DNA of 59,384 nucleotides, filler included, from Circinaria calcarea (Eukaryota): NCBI GenBank assembly GCA_051942165.1. It is 6 parts of 6 records of this genome, joined end to end, with 100 filler letters (N's around TTAATTAATTAA, not from the genome) between each part and the next. Parts side by side here need not be neighbours in the genome. Positions count along the whole stretch, not along the records: positions 39,705 to 49,503 come from JAVECS010000887.1; positions 49,604 to 59,384 come from JAVECS010000888.1; 4 more parts are not named here. One strand, 5' to 3'. Shown piece by piece: positions 47,911 to 59,384 of this stretch (position 1 is its first letter; each line of letters starts with the position of its first letter). The notes under the pieces were generated by a model. It saw only the letters and a program-made list of their open reading frames with translations, ran no database searches and was not told where the DNA came from. The position numbers and the translations under genes were made by a program.

Positions 47911-49296
47911 ATGAGATTATCATGTCCGGTCTATTGGCTTGCTGCATCGGGCTTGCCGGCCACGGCTGTTGCTTCGAGCCAATGGCGACTGGTCGATAAG
48001 GGCACAGTCAGCTCATCGCCCTTACTCTCTCTGCATAGGGACCTGATTGAGATCGAGTCCATCACAGGCAACGAGTACCGTGTCGGCAAGTATTTAAAAG
48101 AATACCTGACCGACCATAACTTCACCGTGGAAACTCAATTGGTTGAACCTTTGGAGTTGCTTCACTACAAAAGGCAGCCTCCGAGGTACAACATCTTGGT
48201 CTATCTAGGTGAAAGTCGACGTACCCGCATACTCGTCTCCAGTCATATAGATACCGTCCCCCCATTTTGGCCCTACCAAGTTCGCGACCATCATGAGATT
48301 TGGGGAAGAGGGAGTGTCGATGCCAAAGGCTGCGTCGCAGCACAGATCACGGCGGTGCGGGAACTTCTAGCCTCCGGTGACATAGGGACAGGGGATGTTT
48401 CATTCCTCTTCGTTGTGGGCGAAGAAATTGGTGGAGATGGTATGAGGAAAGCAAACAACCTGGGATTGAAGTGGGAAACCGTCATCTTCGGCGAGCCGAC
48501 CGATCTGAAGCTGGCTTCAGGCCACAAAGGAAACATTGGGTTCAGTGTCAAGGCCAAAGGCAAGGCGGGACACAGTGGATACCCATGGTTAGGGGAAAGT
48601 GCTAATTCAATGATCCTCCCGGCCTTGGTGGCCCTGGATCAGATGGAGTTACCGACCTCCAGGAAATACGGGAACAGTACACTGAATATTGGAAGGATGG
48701 AGGGTGGAGTCGCAGGCAATGTTATTGCAGAGAAAGCTGAGGCAGATGTGCAATTACGGCTTGCTGCGGGAACGGCCGAAGAAGCCAAAAAGGCGATACT
48801 CCAGGCCGTCAATACTATCGATGACAGGTTAGAGGTCAACTTCCACGGAGAAGGTTATGGACCTGTGTACATTGATAGTGATGTTGAAGGTAGGCGGAGT
48901 TTGTCCTTGTTTAATTCCCACGGCCACTTTAGAATGGCAACTGGGCCACCTCTAGACTTGAGTAAACGTTATGAGCAGTGGTGGAGGTTAATGGGTGTCA
49001 GATTTCGGAGAGAACCACAAGAGTCTCTCATCCTCTGGGACCTCCTTCTCCTTTAACTGCACACTGATATGATCAACACTCCATTCTGATTAAGCTAATC
49101 TGTGATAGGCTTTGACACAGTTGTCGTCAATTATGGTACGGATATCCCCAACTTGAACGGAGATCATAAGCGGTATCTCTACGGTCCAGGTTCGATCCTG
49201 GTAGCTCACTCGGACCACGAACACCTTACCGCCAGCGATCTAGAAGATGCGGTGAGAGGATATAAGAAGCTCATCCTGGTAGCCCTGAAGCCATAA
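47911..49296 (+). CDS. M20-family metallopeptidase/deacylase (secreted-type), intron near 48890-49109
   Basis: [65 protein letters not shown]: metal-ligand motifs of M20. Confidence 0.92.
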
Positions 49297-49503
49297 TACC
49301 CACGTCTAAAGTTCTCATCACGGAAGCTATTCTCCTCCAAGTTCGAGAAGATATTACCCCGGACTCACTCACACCTGATCAGTTCTCAACCGTATTCTAA
49401 CAACCCCCGAAACAAAGGACTATCACAAATCTCATGAAAATCCCTCGCCCACCACAACATCTTCTTCTTCTTCTCCCCCCCCACCACCATCCCCCGCTTC
49501 ATC

Positions 49504-49603
49504 NNNNNNNNNNNNNNNNNNNNNNNNNNNNNNNNNNNNNNNNNNNNTTAATTAATTAANNNNNNNNNNNNNNNNNNNNNNNNNNNNNNNNNNNNNNNNN
49601 NNN
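49504..49603. other. Artificial contig spacer
   Basis: N44-TTAATTAATTAA-N44. Confidence 0.98.
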
Positions 49604-51041
49604 TAGAATTGTAATAAGAGATTCCCGAGGGTACTTTTGCCAGATCCGCTTTTTCCGATTACAAAGGTAGTCTCGCCTGCTGGAAAGAAGAAGCTGGCAT
49701 TATTTAGTGCAAGCTGATCCGGCCGTGACGGATAAGCAAACGAAACCTACTATACGTTAGATTCCAGACTGTAAATACCAATGGTGCTGAGTTACATTTC
49801 TGACTTGAATATCTCCCTCACAATATCTCGGGGCCTTGCGACCAATCATCTTCGTGACTCGTCGCCCCTTTTCTATCTTGATCAGGACTGCCTCGAGTGT
49901 GGATGCAGCGGTTCGCCCCTTTTCAAGGACGATGACCTGTGGTACGAGCTGTTCCACCGTCTGCGTTGCCATCAGACACGCCCAGAATGCGGTCAATACC
50001 TGGCCGGCATTCTTCTGACCCGTTCTGACAAGGTGATTTCCAAACCAGAAACCCTGAACAAACATCCCTAAGATGACGATGCGAACAAATCCTATTTGCA
50101 CGGCATTGGTTCGAGCTTGGACCAGATACCACTCCGCGGCTTTGCGCACCGCTGATGCATATTGCCATATCTCGGTGTCCTGACCATTGAAGCACTTGAC
50201 AGTATCTATGGCCATGATTGCACTGTTGGCAAGCTTCGAAGCTTGAATTAGATGTTCAATCTGGGCGTTGATGGCAGGCTGAATTCGAGCAGATATCCAT
50301 GCCAGGAAGATTACAGATAAAGGTACTACCGCAAGAGTAACCAAAGTAAGGCTCCAGGCCGTGTAGAATGCCAAGCCTAAAGCGGCCAGCATAGTAATTA
50401 CATGTTGTACAGCGAAGCCAAGCGGCTGCGAAGTTGCAGTTTGAAGCTCCCGGATCTGACTAAAAAGTTATTAGCACAGTCTGGTCGAAGGCGGGAAGTA
50501 AAAAATACGTTTGAAGTCGCGGTATCATTGCGCTAATACCAGCTTTGCGCATATCATACCACTCCATATCCTTTTGCAACATGCCGCCGAAGAGCTTGTT
50601 CCTTACACTCTTTGCTTGAAGCTCTCCAAAGATCAACCAGAACATAAAGTAGCTCCCGTTCAGTACCCAACTAGCTGAGCCTAGGCCAACGAGATAGATA
50701 ACATTCCTGGTAACCTTCTTCGTCAGATCAGACCCGCTGATCTTACCGGCACCAAATTCGGTAAAGGCGTCGAATATCGTCCCAAGGAAGATCGAAAGGG
50801 CTGGTATAATGACGCCCGATGCTATCGATAGCAATAGCCCGAGACAGAGGGATGGAACATGTGCCCTGGTTGTAAAGTTGAATAGCGACCTCCACCTGGC
50901 TTGAATGATTGGTTCCTCATCTTCGCCTTCCTCGTTGGGCTCACGAGCCGCCCTGGCATCCTGGTCCATATCATTTTCTGCTTCAGGAGCTGGCTCGGCG
51001 TTAGTTCTATGGCTTGGTAGTTTCTCTTGGACGGAATACAT
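49604..51041 (-). CDS. ABCB transporter, Ste6/a-factor-exporter-like, 3' truncated
   Basis: W.SLF.FTT, W..FGELQAK.VR..LF, RELQTATSQPLG, WSLTLVTLA, TVKCFNGQ..E, MFVQGFWFG, LEKGR.A; FAYPSRP and Walker A GKSGSGKST at the contig end. Confidence 0.87.
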
Positions 51042-51747
51042 GATAGATGATCACAAAAATTTCTTGCTAAGGATTGATGCGGTATAGTTGGGAGAATTGA
51101 TAGGAGGTGAATGCATGCTGTCTGCTGTCGAAGAGAACCTATGCGAAAAGGCAATCGTGGGATTGCTTACACTGAATGATGAATCTATCGGACAAGAATG
51201 TTGCTGGATAGCATTGTTTGACCTCAGTCCCTTAGTATTGTTCCCGACTCCCTTCGCGTAATTCTGTCTCCCCGGAAACAGTACAAAGGGATCTGATAAC
51301 GAAGTGATACGCGGGTGAGAATGCGATTGCTACAAATGACGTTGGGGGAAGTACTCCGTAGTATATTGGTCAGAGATGTAAAGGATTGATCTCGTCGGTA
51401 GCGGAAGATTCTAGTTGAACGTATTGAGTATTTGATACCAATGCCCACGTCGTTCGACAGGAGTCGCGAGTAAAGCTAAGCAGTGGTGGTGAGGAGGATG
51501 CTCGTAGTGCGGTACTATACATAGATACCAAAGGTTTCTCGGAGAGTTTAGGGTTTAGCACCCTTGGTCGATATATATTACAAGCAAGAATGGAGTATAA
51601 GTTAGAGGCGGCAATGTTCTTGTTGCCATTGTAGTCGTATCCTGGGTATCATACTCAGCCGAACGCACTACAAACCATTGGTAATGTGGACGTAATCTCT
51701 GATACTATCGTAAATCATAGTCACCCAACTAACTGCCACCGATATGT

Positions 51748-52478
51748 TTAACCTTCTGCCTCACCTTCTGCCTCCCCTTCATGGGGGTGCTCTCTTTCGT
51801 AAATCCAATCATTTAATCCTTCCCGGTTCCTGAGTTTGGTCAGTAAAATTGACAAATCTGGGAACAAGCGGCCGTCTACCTTGCAATCTCGACAGCATAG
51901 AACTGCATCCGCATTGCTGCGAAGTTGTACTCAGTATGGTCCCCGCAACGTTCACGTAGATAGCCCGTACCAAAGATGGTTTCCTTCTCTCCATATTCAA
52001 ATTTAGGGTTGGCCCTTAGCATTGTCCCGAAGTTGTAATCATCAACTTTCTTTTCATATGCCATCATGAAGTTCCGCCACTTCTCTTTACCCTCTTTGCT
52101 CTTCATCTTATCCTCATCTATTGTCTCGCCTGGGTCAAACTCCGGAAACTCCTTCCTGAAGTGCTCGTAAATCTCGTCATCGATCTTAGTCAACCGCAGT
52201 TTCGAGCCTCTCACTTTCTCCAGGATTGCCCAGTACGTAGACATGTGTTGTACAGCTATCGTAGGTAGGGCGTTAACCCATTTTTCCCAGCTTCGCCGAT
52301 TTTGAATGTACCAGGATCTTGGTTAATGATGTGGCACACCTTTGACCGCGAATTGCTTTTCCATCTAGACTCCTTGTTAACAGCAGCTGGAGTGAGCAGT
52401 AATGAGGTCTGGACTAACGTCTTCAAAATTCTCGGCTTGCTCCGGATCTAGGCTCGCGCCTGCTGGGCCGAGCGACAT
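51748..52478 (-). CDS. PBDC1/YPL225W-family protein (DUF757), multi-exon
   Basis: AENFED|MEKQFAVK|AVQHM.TYW.ILEK..GS.LRLTK.DDEIY..F...FPE, DEDKMKSKEGKEKWR.F, DYNFGTMLR, RMQFYAVEIAR|NREGLNDWIY. Confidence 0.92.
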
Positions 52479-52976
52479 CCTGAAAGAGGTTTTTCGGTAT
52501 TGAGACAGACTAATTGCTCTCGTGCAAGATATGGACTTGTCCGGCTACGGCAAACAGAGAATGTGATTCATGGTGTATCAGTATGCTGAATGAATTTATA
52601 TCGAGATCCTCTCATAGGACTCGGCAATACCAGGCCAATGATTTACCGGAAATCCTTAGTCACAAAGGCTATACTCTGTAATTCATGTAATTTAACCATT
52701 CTACACGTTTGCTGAATAAATACAGAGGACATTCTCCTGATTGGGACTTCTGCATTTGCAGTACACCACTTTTCATTAGTCTTGTAATTTACATACGGAG
52801 ATGTAACCAATACCCAGACTACCTACTCGACCAAAATGAGACAACAAGGGAACATGTTTCCCTACATATCAGCATTACCTCGAGTACTAAGTTGAACTCC
52901 ATGGGCACCAGACATCTTCTACTAGCTTCCTTGAGAATCACAACACTCCAAAATTTCTCGCCATGGCACCGTATTG

Positions 52977-54146
52977 TTATGAGCAGCTCACAATATACAA
53001 CCCGATCCTACAGTGATAACATCAGTTCTATGAGCGTGATTTGACTTTCAAGGTATATCAAAATAGAAGAGAGCAACTTACGCGGGCGGATTGAAATCTT
53101 GAAAGTATGTCAAGCTCGTGCCTCCGCTTGAGGAGATCTCGAAACTGATCTGATCTCCAGCTGGGCAGTTGAAGGTGGCTATGCTGTAGCTACCACCAGG
53201 ATTGACAGTCGTGACTCCATAATCTGTGGCAATGCCTGGTTTGTTATTGAATGTCGTTCCCTGGCTGGGGTTTGCCTGTAATTTCGCGAAATCAAGAGCT
53301 CCGCTACCGGTGATTGTGTATGATGACGTTTTAAGATCCTTGGCCGTGGGAAGGAAGAACTCTAATGTGCAGATTTGGCCAGCATAGGATGAGGGAATAT
53401 CGAAGACGTAAAGTGAAGATGTGGTAGGGTTAATGGAGCCGAAGTAGGACGTACCGGGCGCTTTGTTAGGAGTGGTGCTGGAGAGTGGAATAATCCCGTG
53501 GGGATATTGGTATGGGCCAGTCAACCCTACAGGACACGTCTTGGGCGTTGGTGGTGGTGGTGGCGGTGGCGGCGCGGGGCAGTTTGGAAGACAACTAGTA
53601 GCTTCTAAGGTTATCTCAAAGCAGCCTTGCTGACCGGAAGGCGGAGTAGTGTAGACGTTGTTCTCGCCCTTGTCACCCGTAGGGCATTCGTAGAACTTCG
53701 AATTACCGTTGACGGAGACTGTACCATCACAGGCAATCGAAAATCCGTTCAATGGAGAAGCACCAACATCACATTGGAACTGCGTTGTCGGAGGCGTCAG
53801 GACACAACCTCGACCACTGGAAAGGTATCGATCAGCTTTCTAATGCGGAACCAACTAATGTCAGGATCAAGAACTTACGAGCCGTCAGTGATACCACCCG
53901 CAGCGTTGATGCAGTAAGTAGCAGGTGGGAGACCGCCATAGACACGATTCTGGCCATCCGTGAGTTGACCGATAGTATCTAGGAGGTTCTGTGTAAGCAA
54001 CGCTCTGATATCAAACAGCTTTGATAATTACTCTTGACACCACCCGCTCCAGAAGCATTGAGGGCAAAGCAGCAATTCCCATTACGTGCCACCAGGGCAT
54101 CAATAGCTGCGGCAAAGGTCAAGGAAACAAAGAAGACGGACTTCAT
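52977..54146 (-). CDS. Secreted cell-wall protein with a PIR-like GQL.DGQ motif and a But2-like C-terminal domain
   Basis: Signal peptide MKSVFFVSLTFAAAIDA; CCFAL; IGQLTDGQNR; GRGCVLTP..TQFQCD; YQYPH.IIP...P....GTSY; FDIP......C.L.F.LP; L.YFQDFNP|.IGLYI..C. Confidence 0.8.
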
Positions 54147-55225
54147 GGTGCAGATGAATTGGTATGAAGTAAGCTAATGTTTTACTTTGAGTTCTGAATG
54201 AGCTGAGAAGGGAGTCTTCCCTTTGGTAATTCAACGGATTGTGGAGGATGCTACTAAAGTAAGAGAGGTACTTATAGGTAGATGTATCCTCTTGTACTTA
54301 TGATCGCAAAACAGGGAATGCTAAGCCAAGGCATCCCTCGGGATTTGAGTATCAACAATCATGTACGAACCAAGCAGGTACAACCGGGACGCGGGAAGCC
54401 GCTCACACAAACACGCGCCGAAACGTTCTGTCCCCAAGGAACGAAATTGGCAGGATACTTGCATGCTTTACGAAGAGACAACAATAAAGCAAAGGGAGAC
54501 AATCTCGCAAATTGTGTATGACGCAAGGTTGCACCTGGTGGATACTCCACGAGTTTACATTATGAAACAACATGTCAGAGCCTGATGACTGGATAGGTAT
54601 GCCCTCTTGTGTTTATAGCGTTTGAGAGTTCGGAAATATGTGCCCTAGATCACCTGTGCATGTGCAATACTCCCCCTTGCTTCCACCGAGACCTGGGTAT
54701 TTTTCGCTGCAGAACAGCAATAAAATCCATCTCTTATGACGTAGGCCTGGCTTGCCAGCGCTCCATCCAATTAGTCTAGTACAATAGAATCTGCACCGGC
54801 TATGGAGTAATCGTCGACTAGTCAGACTGCTTAGTCCCACAGTCGTATACCAAGATGGCCCCTTCCTTTATAGCAGTCATTTCGCGTACAAAATCAAGAG
54901 TCGACAATGCACGTGTCCACGGATCTTTGGAAAGTAATTTGGGGATCCAGTAAGACAGGGGAACGCCATCCGCAGTTTGGGCAGTAGTAGAGTAACGATC
55001 CGTGTATTCAGAAGCCCGCGCCTTTATTGTCACACAACTCTTCGCTTTCGTCAGGAGATCCCATGCAATAGCCAGTAATTACTTGTTGATTCAGCTTGCA
55101 GCAATGTTTGCACTAACCACCAACACATAGTCAGAAGATCGGAAGAGCGGTGAAGGTTCAAATATTGATCTGAGTCGAAAATACCGTTGATGACAGGTTG
55201 AGGCTATGTCATGAAGGTAGGACAA

Positions 55226-56149
55226 TCACATTTTCCCGCCTGTTAATTCTTCTGCAATTCGTTGCACCCTCTCCCGAGTGATTTTCGCGTAGCCCGCGTT
55301 ATGTTGAACAGCTTTGTAACCACTCCTGTTGGCTTCGTGCAGCAAGCTTTGCACGGTATGCGGTAGATTCTCGCGGTCCCATATGCTGCGGCCAGGATTG
55401 TTCTTGAACCACTCCTCGTCAAATACCTCATCAATCTTGGTGTTCAATGCAGCCTCCGTAACGATAAAGTCCCTAGCGTTCATGTAAAGAGAATGCAATG
55501 CACTGCGTCTCTCCTCCATTTCCCTTGTTTCTTTACTTTTAACTTTGGCCTTTTTCTTGGCAATCCTCTTCTTGCGATCAGGATCAGGTATGTTGGCCAA
55601 GTAGCCTGGGGTCAACTTGTGAGTGATTGAAGGGTTGGTGAAACGCTCGTCTTCTCGTTCCGACTGATGGAGTGCCCGATAGTTCTCCGCCTGCTTGAAA
55701 GCACTACTCGCTGCTAGCCGTCGATCGATCCTCTGTTTTCGATGCTGCAGCTCTACCAGCCCTTCTCGAAGATTCCGTCGTCTTACTGCAGCTGATCGAG
55801 CTTTCCACTCTATATAATCCTTTGTCGAGGGATCGATTGACGTCATGTCCTTTTTGCTTGTTGGCTCAAGTGTCACGGCCGCAAGGTATGGTGGGGATGT
55901 TTTATCTGCGCTTCCCCGAGGAAAGATTTGACGAGGAACTGGCAGGACTCCTTTTACGGGTATATTGACGCGAGCTTGACGTTGGGGAGCCATAGGTATC
56001 TCAATAAACTTTGGTGATTCAGGAGGGATTTGATAGGTCGAAGTAGGCGTTGAGCTGGAGGCATTGCGAGATAGTGACCATACCAGAGACGATTTTCGTA
56101 AAGCTTGTCGTGAAGAGAAGCAAGTACTCGGCGTGAGTCGAAGAGCCAT
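55226..56149 (-). CDS. Probable mitochondrial small-subunit ribosomal protein (fungal mS26-like)
   Basis: Ser/Arg-rich presequence; IPPESPKFIEIP, KGVLPVPR.IF, WK...A..RRRNLREGL.EL..RK, ALH.LYMNAR.FI.TE, IAEELTGGKM*. Family assignment from recall. Confidence 0.65.
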   Translation of the reverse strand: MALRLTPSTCFSSRQALRKSSLVWSLSRNASSSTPTSTYQIPPESPKFIEIPMAPQRQARVNIPVKGVLPVPRQIFPRGSADKTSPPYLAAVTLEPTSKKDMTSIDPSTKDYIEWKARSAAVRRRNLREGLVELQHRKQRIDRRLAASSAFKQAENYRALHQSEREDERFTNPSITHKLTPGYLANIPDPDRKKRIAKKKAKVKSKETREMEERRSALHSLYMNARDFIVTEAALNTKIDEVFDEEWFKNNPGRSIWDRENLPHTVQSLLHEANRSGYKAVQHNAGYAKITRERVQRIAEELTGGKM

Positions 56150-56415
56150 TATTGCAGATGTTTGACAGCGATAAATCATCAATGGTAGGTTGAACAGGAT
56201 TGAGGATGCCGGTCCACTGGAATATCAGATTTGCGGCTCAAAGGCCCTACGTCTCGCCGTACGAAATCTTGGCGCGCACATCCATGACCGTAATAAATTA
56301 TCTTGACATTGCTTGACTGCCATGTAGGTAATCTGAAGAAGCGTGCAACTACTGCTTCTCAGACTACGACTTAATTACAATAGAGTACCCATTCAATTAA
56401 GATATACACGACAAG

Positions 56416-59123
56416 ATGGGTACCGCCAAAAAGGAGGCTGCCAGGAAAGAGCGGCAAGGAAAGGTAGGTGATGGGATGAACAATGTCAAAACCAAAGGGG
56501 AGAATTTCTACCGGTAAGTCCATATTCATGGCATTGTAAAGACTCTCTCTAATGGTATTTTCTCTGCAGTACAGCAAAGAAGGCGAAAACCTTAAACATG
56601 TTTAAGGGTATAGCATCACAACTATTCAGGTTCCTAAGTTGAAAAGTTGTAGTACTAACTTTATGTGAAAAAGATGGGAAAGCTCAGCATAACGCAGCTG
56701 GTAAGGTCACCAAAGCAGCCTCATATCAATCTCGGGAATTACCAAAGGCAAGAATCGAGCCGAATCGCAAATGGTTTGGAAACACTCGGGTTATCTCCCA
56801 GGATGCTTTACAGTCCTTCCGAGATGCTGTAGCTGAGCGGGCATCGGACCCTTATCAAGTCCTGTTGAAAACCAACAAATTACCAATGAGTCTGATACGG
56901 GACGGGCATGGGAAGAACGGCCTGAAACAGCACCAAGCCAAAATCGCTGTTGAATCAGCTCCATTCGGAGATACCTTTGGGCCAAAGGCGCAGAGAAAAC
57001 GTGTCAAGCTCGGTGTAGGCTCTTTGGAGGACCTCGCTGGAGAGACTGTTCGAATGCATGACACATATATAGACCGGCTCGAGCAGGCCAAGCTGCTTAG
57101 CGGGACTTCTGGGATCGAAGAACAAGCAGGTGAAGCTGTACCAGAAGAAGAAACGCTTTCAACTGCGAGAGAGGCAATCTTCTCGAAAGGACAAAGGTAA
57201 TATGCATCCACAAGCCTTGTTGATTGCGGGTTAATGTATCTTTAGCAAGAGAATTTGGAATGAGCTGTATAAAGTTATCGATTCTTCCGATGTTGTAATT
57301 CACGTGGTAAGTCGGCGATCACGGTCTCGAGGGATGAAACCTGAATTTAGAAAAGCTAGATGCTCGAGATCCTCTTGGGACGCGCTGCAGAAGTGTGGAA
57401 AAGTAAGAAACCTAACCATCTTCTCGCCGATATTTGGATATTCTACTAAGTTCTACCAGATACATTAAAGAGGAGGCACCCCACAAACATCTAATATTTG
57501 TATTGAACAAATGCGACCTTGTACCTACGGGAGTTGCGGTGAGTAGTGCCGTTACGTTCCTACTCCTTTGTGCTGGTTCCATCGTTAAGTCAAGACTCCT
57601 TCCTGCATTTTGGTGCAATTTATCCTTGAAGGTGTTGTCTGTTACAACTTTGGTAGACTGACCCCTTTCCCGCCGCTCTTGCCTTTCTGGCTCTGAGTAG
57701 ATTGCTCGCCGTCTTGGAGAGACAGTCATAAAGGGTTTGAGAATGTTGCACTTGAGTTGAAGACTTCCTCAACTACATTGTAGTAGACAGGTGGAAGTTT
57801 TCTTAGTCGTGCTTCATACAAATACATTGGCGCATGCGAATCTTTGTTTAGAAATCTACTGACTCTTGTCAGGCCTCTTGGGTACGAGCTCTCTCTAAAG
57901 ATTATCCAACGTTAGGTATTGATTCATTGAACTTATCCTAATTGTTAATTACCCTAACCATTCAATCTAGCATTTCATGCCTCTATTACCAATTCCTTTG
58001 GCAAGGGCTCTTTGATACAACTTTTACGCCAATTCTCTTCTTTACATTCAGACCGCAAACAGATATCCGTTGGATTCATTGGTTATCCGAATACAGGGAA
58101 ATCCTCCATAATTAATACCCTTCGCAAAAAGAAAGTTTGTACAGTCGCTCCGATACCAGGGGTAAGTTTAACTAGACTGCCGCATTCTCGAACATGACAA
58201 TACTAATTATAACAAGGAAACCAAGGTTTGGCAGTACATTGTACGTCAAAATCCTTACCGTGCAAAGGTATTATGAATACATTTTTTCGACTAACCTATT
58301 CCTAGACGTTGATGAAACGCATATATCTCATCGATTGTCCCGGAGTCGTACCGCCCAGTAATAATGACTCGGAACAAGACATCCTTTTGCGGGGTGTAGT
58401 CAGGGTTGAAAATGTCGAAAACCCAGAACAGTACATTGCTGCGGTTCTAAGCAAAACGAAACCTCACCACATAGAGCGCACTTATGATATCAAAGGCTAC
58501 AGCAACTCCACCGAGTTTCTAGAACTCTTAGCACGAAAAGGAGGTAGACTACTAAAAGGAGTAAGGGCTCTTGAATATCACTGAAATGCAACTCGCTTAC
58601 CAAATGCCAGGGCGAAGCAGACGTCGACGGGGTCGCAAAGATGGTTCTGAACGACTTTCTGCGTGGTAAAATCCCATGGTTCACTCCACCACCTGTCGTG
58701 GAAGGTGAGGTCGGCGGAAAAGGCGTGGAGGGTCGAGAAGGTCGATTGGGAGAGATGGGCAAGAAGAGAAAGCGAGAGGATGACGATACAGCGGATAGCA
58801 GCCGACCAACAGAGAGCGTTATTGCAGACGGCATTACAGACAGCATTGCAAACGACATTGCAAACGACATTGCAAACAACATTGCAAACGGCATTGCAAA
58901 CGACATTGCAAACGACATTGCAGACGGCATTGCAAACGACATTGCAGACGGCATTGCAGACGACATTGCAACTCTCCCTCAGTCAGCCGATGAAATTGAA
59001 GAGTTTGAAGGGTTCGAGGAAGAGAACGGTGGTGTTGAGATGCAGGCCAAAGATTTCCCGGAACTTGGGAGAGATGCCGAGGATAGTGACACCCAACAAC
59101 AGGAGTCCTTTGGCAGGAGTTGA
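56416..59123 (+). CDS. NOG2: Nucleolar GTP-binding protein 2 (pre-60S GTPase), many introns
   Basis: [98 protein letters not shown]. Confidence 0.97.
57575..57823 (+). ncRNA. snR191: Intronic box H/ACA snoRNA, snR191/U19(SNORA74)-like, in NOG2 intron 57539-57872
   Basis: Pocket 1: AGTCA (57588-92) and GTTAC (57641-45) flank an agac/gtct stem and are complementary to LSU rRNA GUAAC-U-A-UGACU. Pocket 2: AGGGT (57732-36) and TAGT (57804-07), followed 14 nt later by ACA (57818-20) + 3 nt. Yeast snR191 is hosted in the NOG2 intron. Confidence 0.8.
58821..58970 (+). repeat. Coding 12-bp minisatellite, 12 units (IA[N/D][D/G]) in the NOG2 C-terminal tail
   Basis: attgca(a/g)acg(a/g)c repeated; translates [48 protein letters not shown]. 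Confidence 0.95.
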
Positions 59124-59384
59124 GGAGGGCTGAAGCACTGGGGGATCCCCACTCATTCAATCGCTTGACTTTCCAGTTTCATGAAAGACCTTGCTCGATA
59201 TTTCCTCCGGTCGGATACTCTGGTAACAATCCGGGGCTCCGACTCTCAAGTCTGATTCGAAGCTACATTTACATCTACAGGCCAGAACAGAAAGAACAGC
59301 CAGTACTTCGCCACGTGCGAACGCCTTTTGTTCGAACTTTGTTGCTAGACGCTTGCTGAACGAAGACCGAAATAGCAGGAGTGA

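Noticed and set aside
36417..51041. 2OG dioxygenase, MFS transporter, M20 peptidase and ABC transporter as members of the RiPP cluster
   Set aside because: They lie on different, artificially concatenated contigs among housekeeping genes; there is no linkage evidence.
58490..59160. Repetitive ORFs (MSFA)n, (LQTT)n and (LQCR)n
   Set aside because: Alternative-frame and antisense readings of the NOG2 minisatellite.

Overview
Eukaryotic, intron-rich fungal DNA (filamentous ascomycete by gene content; species cannot be determined from this window). It is not one locus. Six unlinked contigs of steadily decreasing length (9844, 9832, 9818, 9810, 9799, 9781 nt) are joined by artificial 100-nt N44-TTAATTAATTAA-N44 spacers. 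The highlight is contig 1 (1-9844), a compact candidate fungal RiPP (dikaritin-type) gene cluster. It contains a spliced, secreted, Kex2-processed repeat precursor with three identical EDADEAIAYAWFT units, two DUF3328/UstYa-type oxidases (each with two HxxHC motifs), a PTH11/SAT4-like membrane protein and an O-methyltransferase. The Tyr/Trp-containing core matches no dikaritin core I recall. The other contigs hold mostly housekeeping genes: hybrid histidine kinase, ZPR1, cyclophilin PPIL3, TEN1, SNF7, an FHA-forkhead factor, an Ste6-like ABC transporter, PBDC1 and NOG2. Features not evident from the ORF track include an intron-split Zn(II)2Cys6 protein, an snR191/U19-like H/ACA snoRNA inside a NOG2 intron, an AN1 zinc-finger gene at the left edge, and a double inverted-repeat element at the end of contig 4. 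All family assignments come from motif recognition, not database searches.
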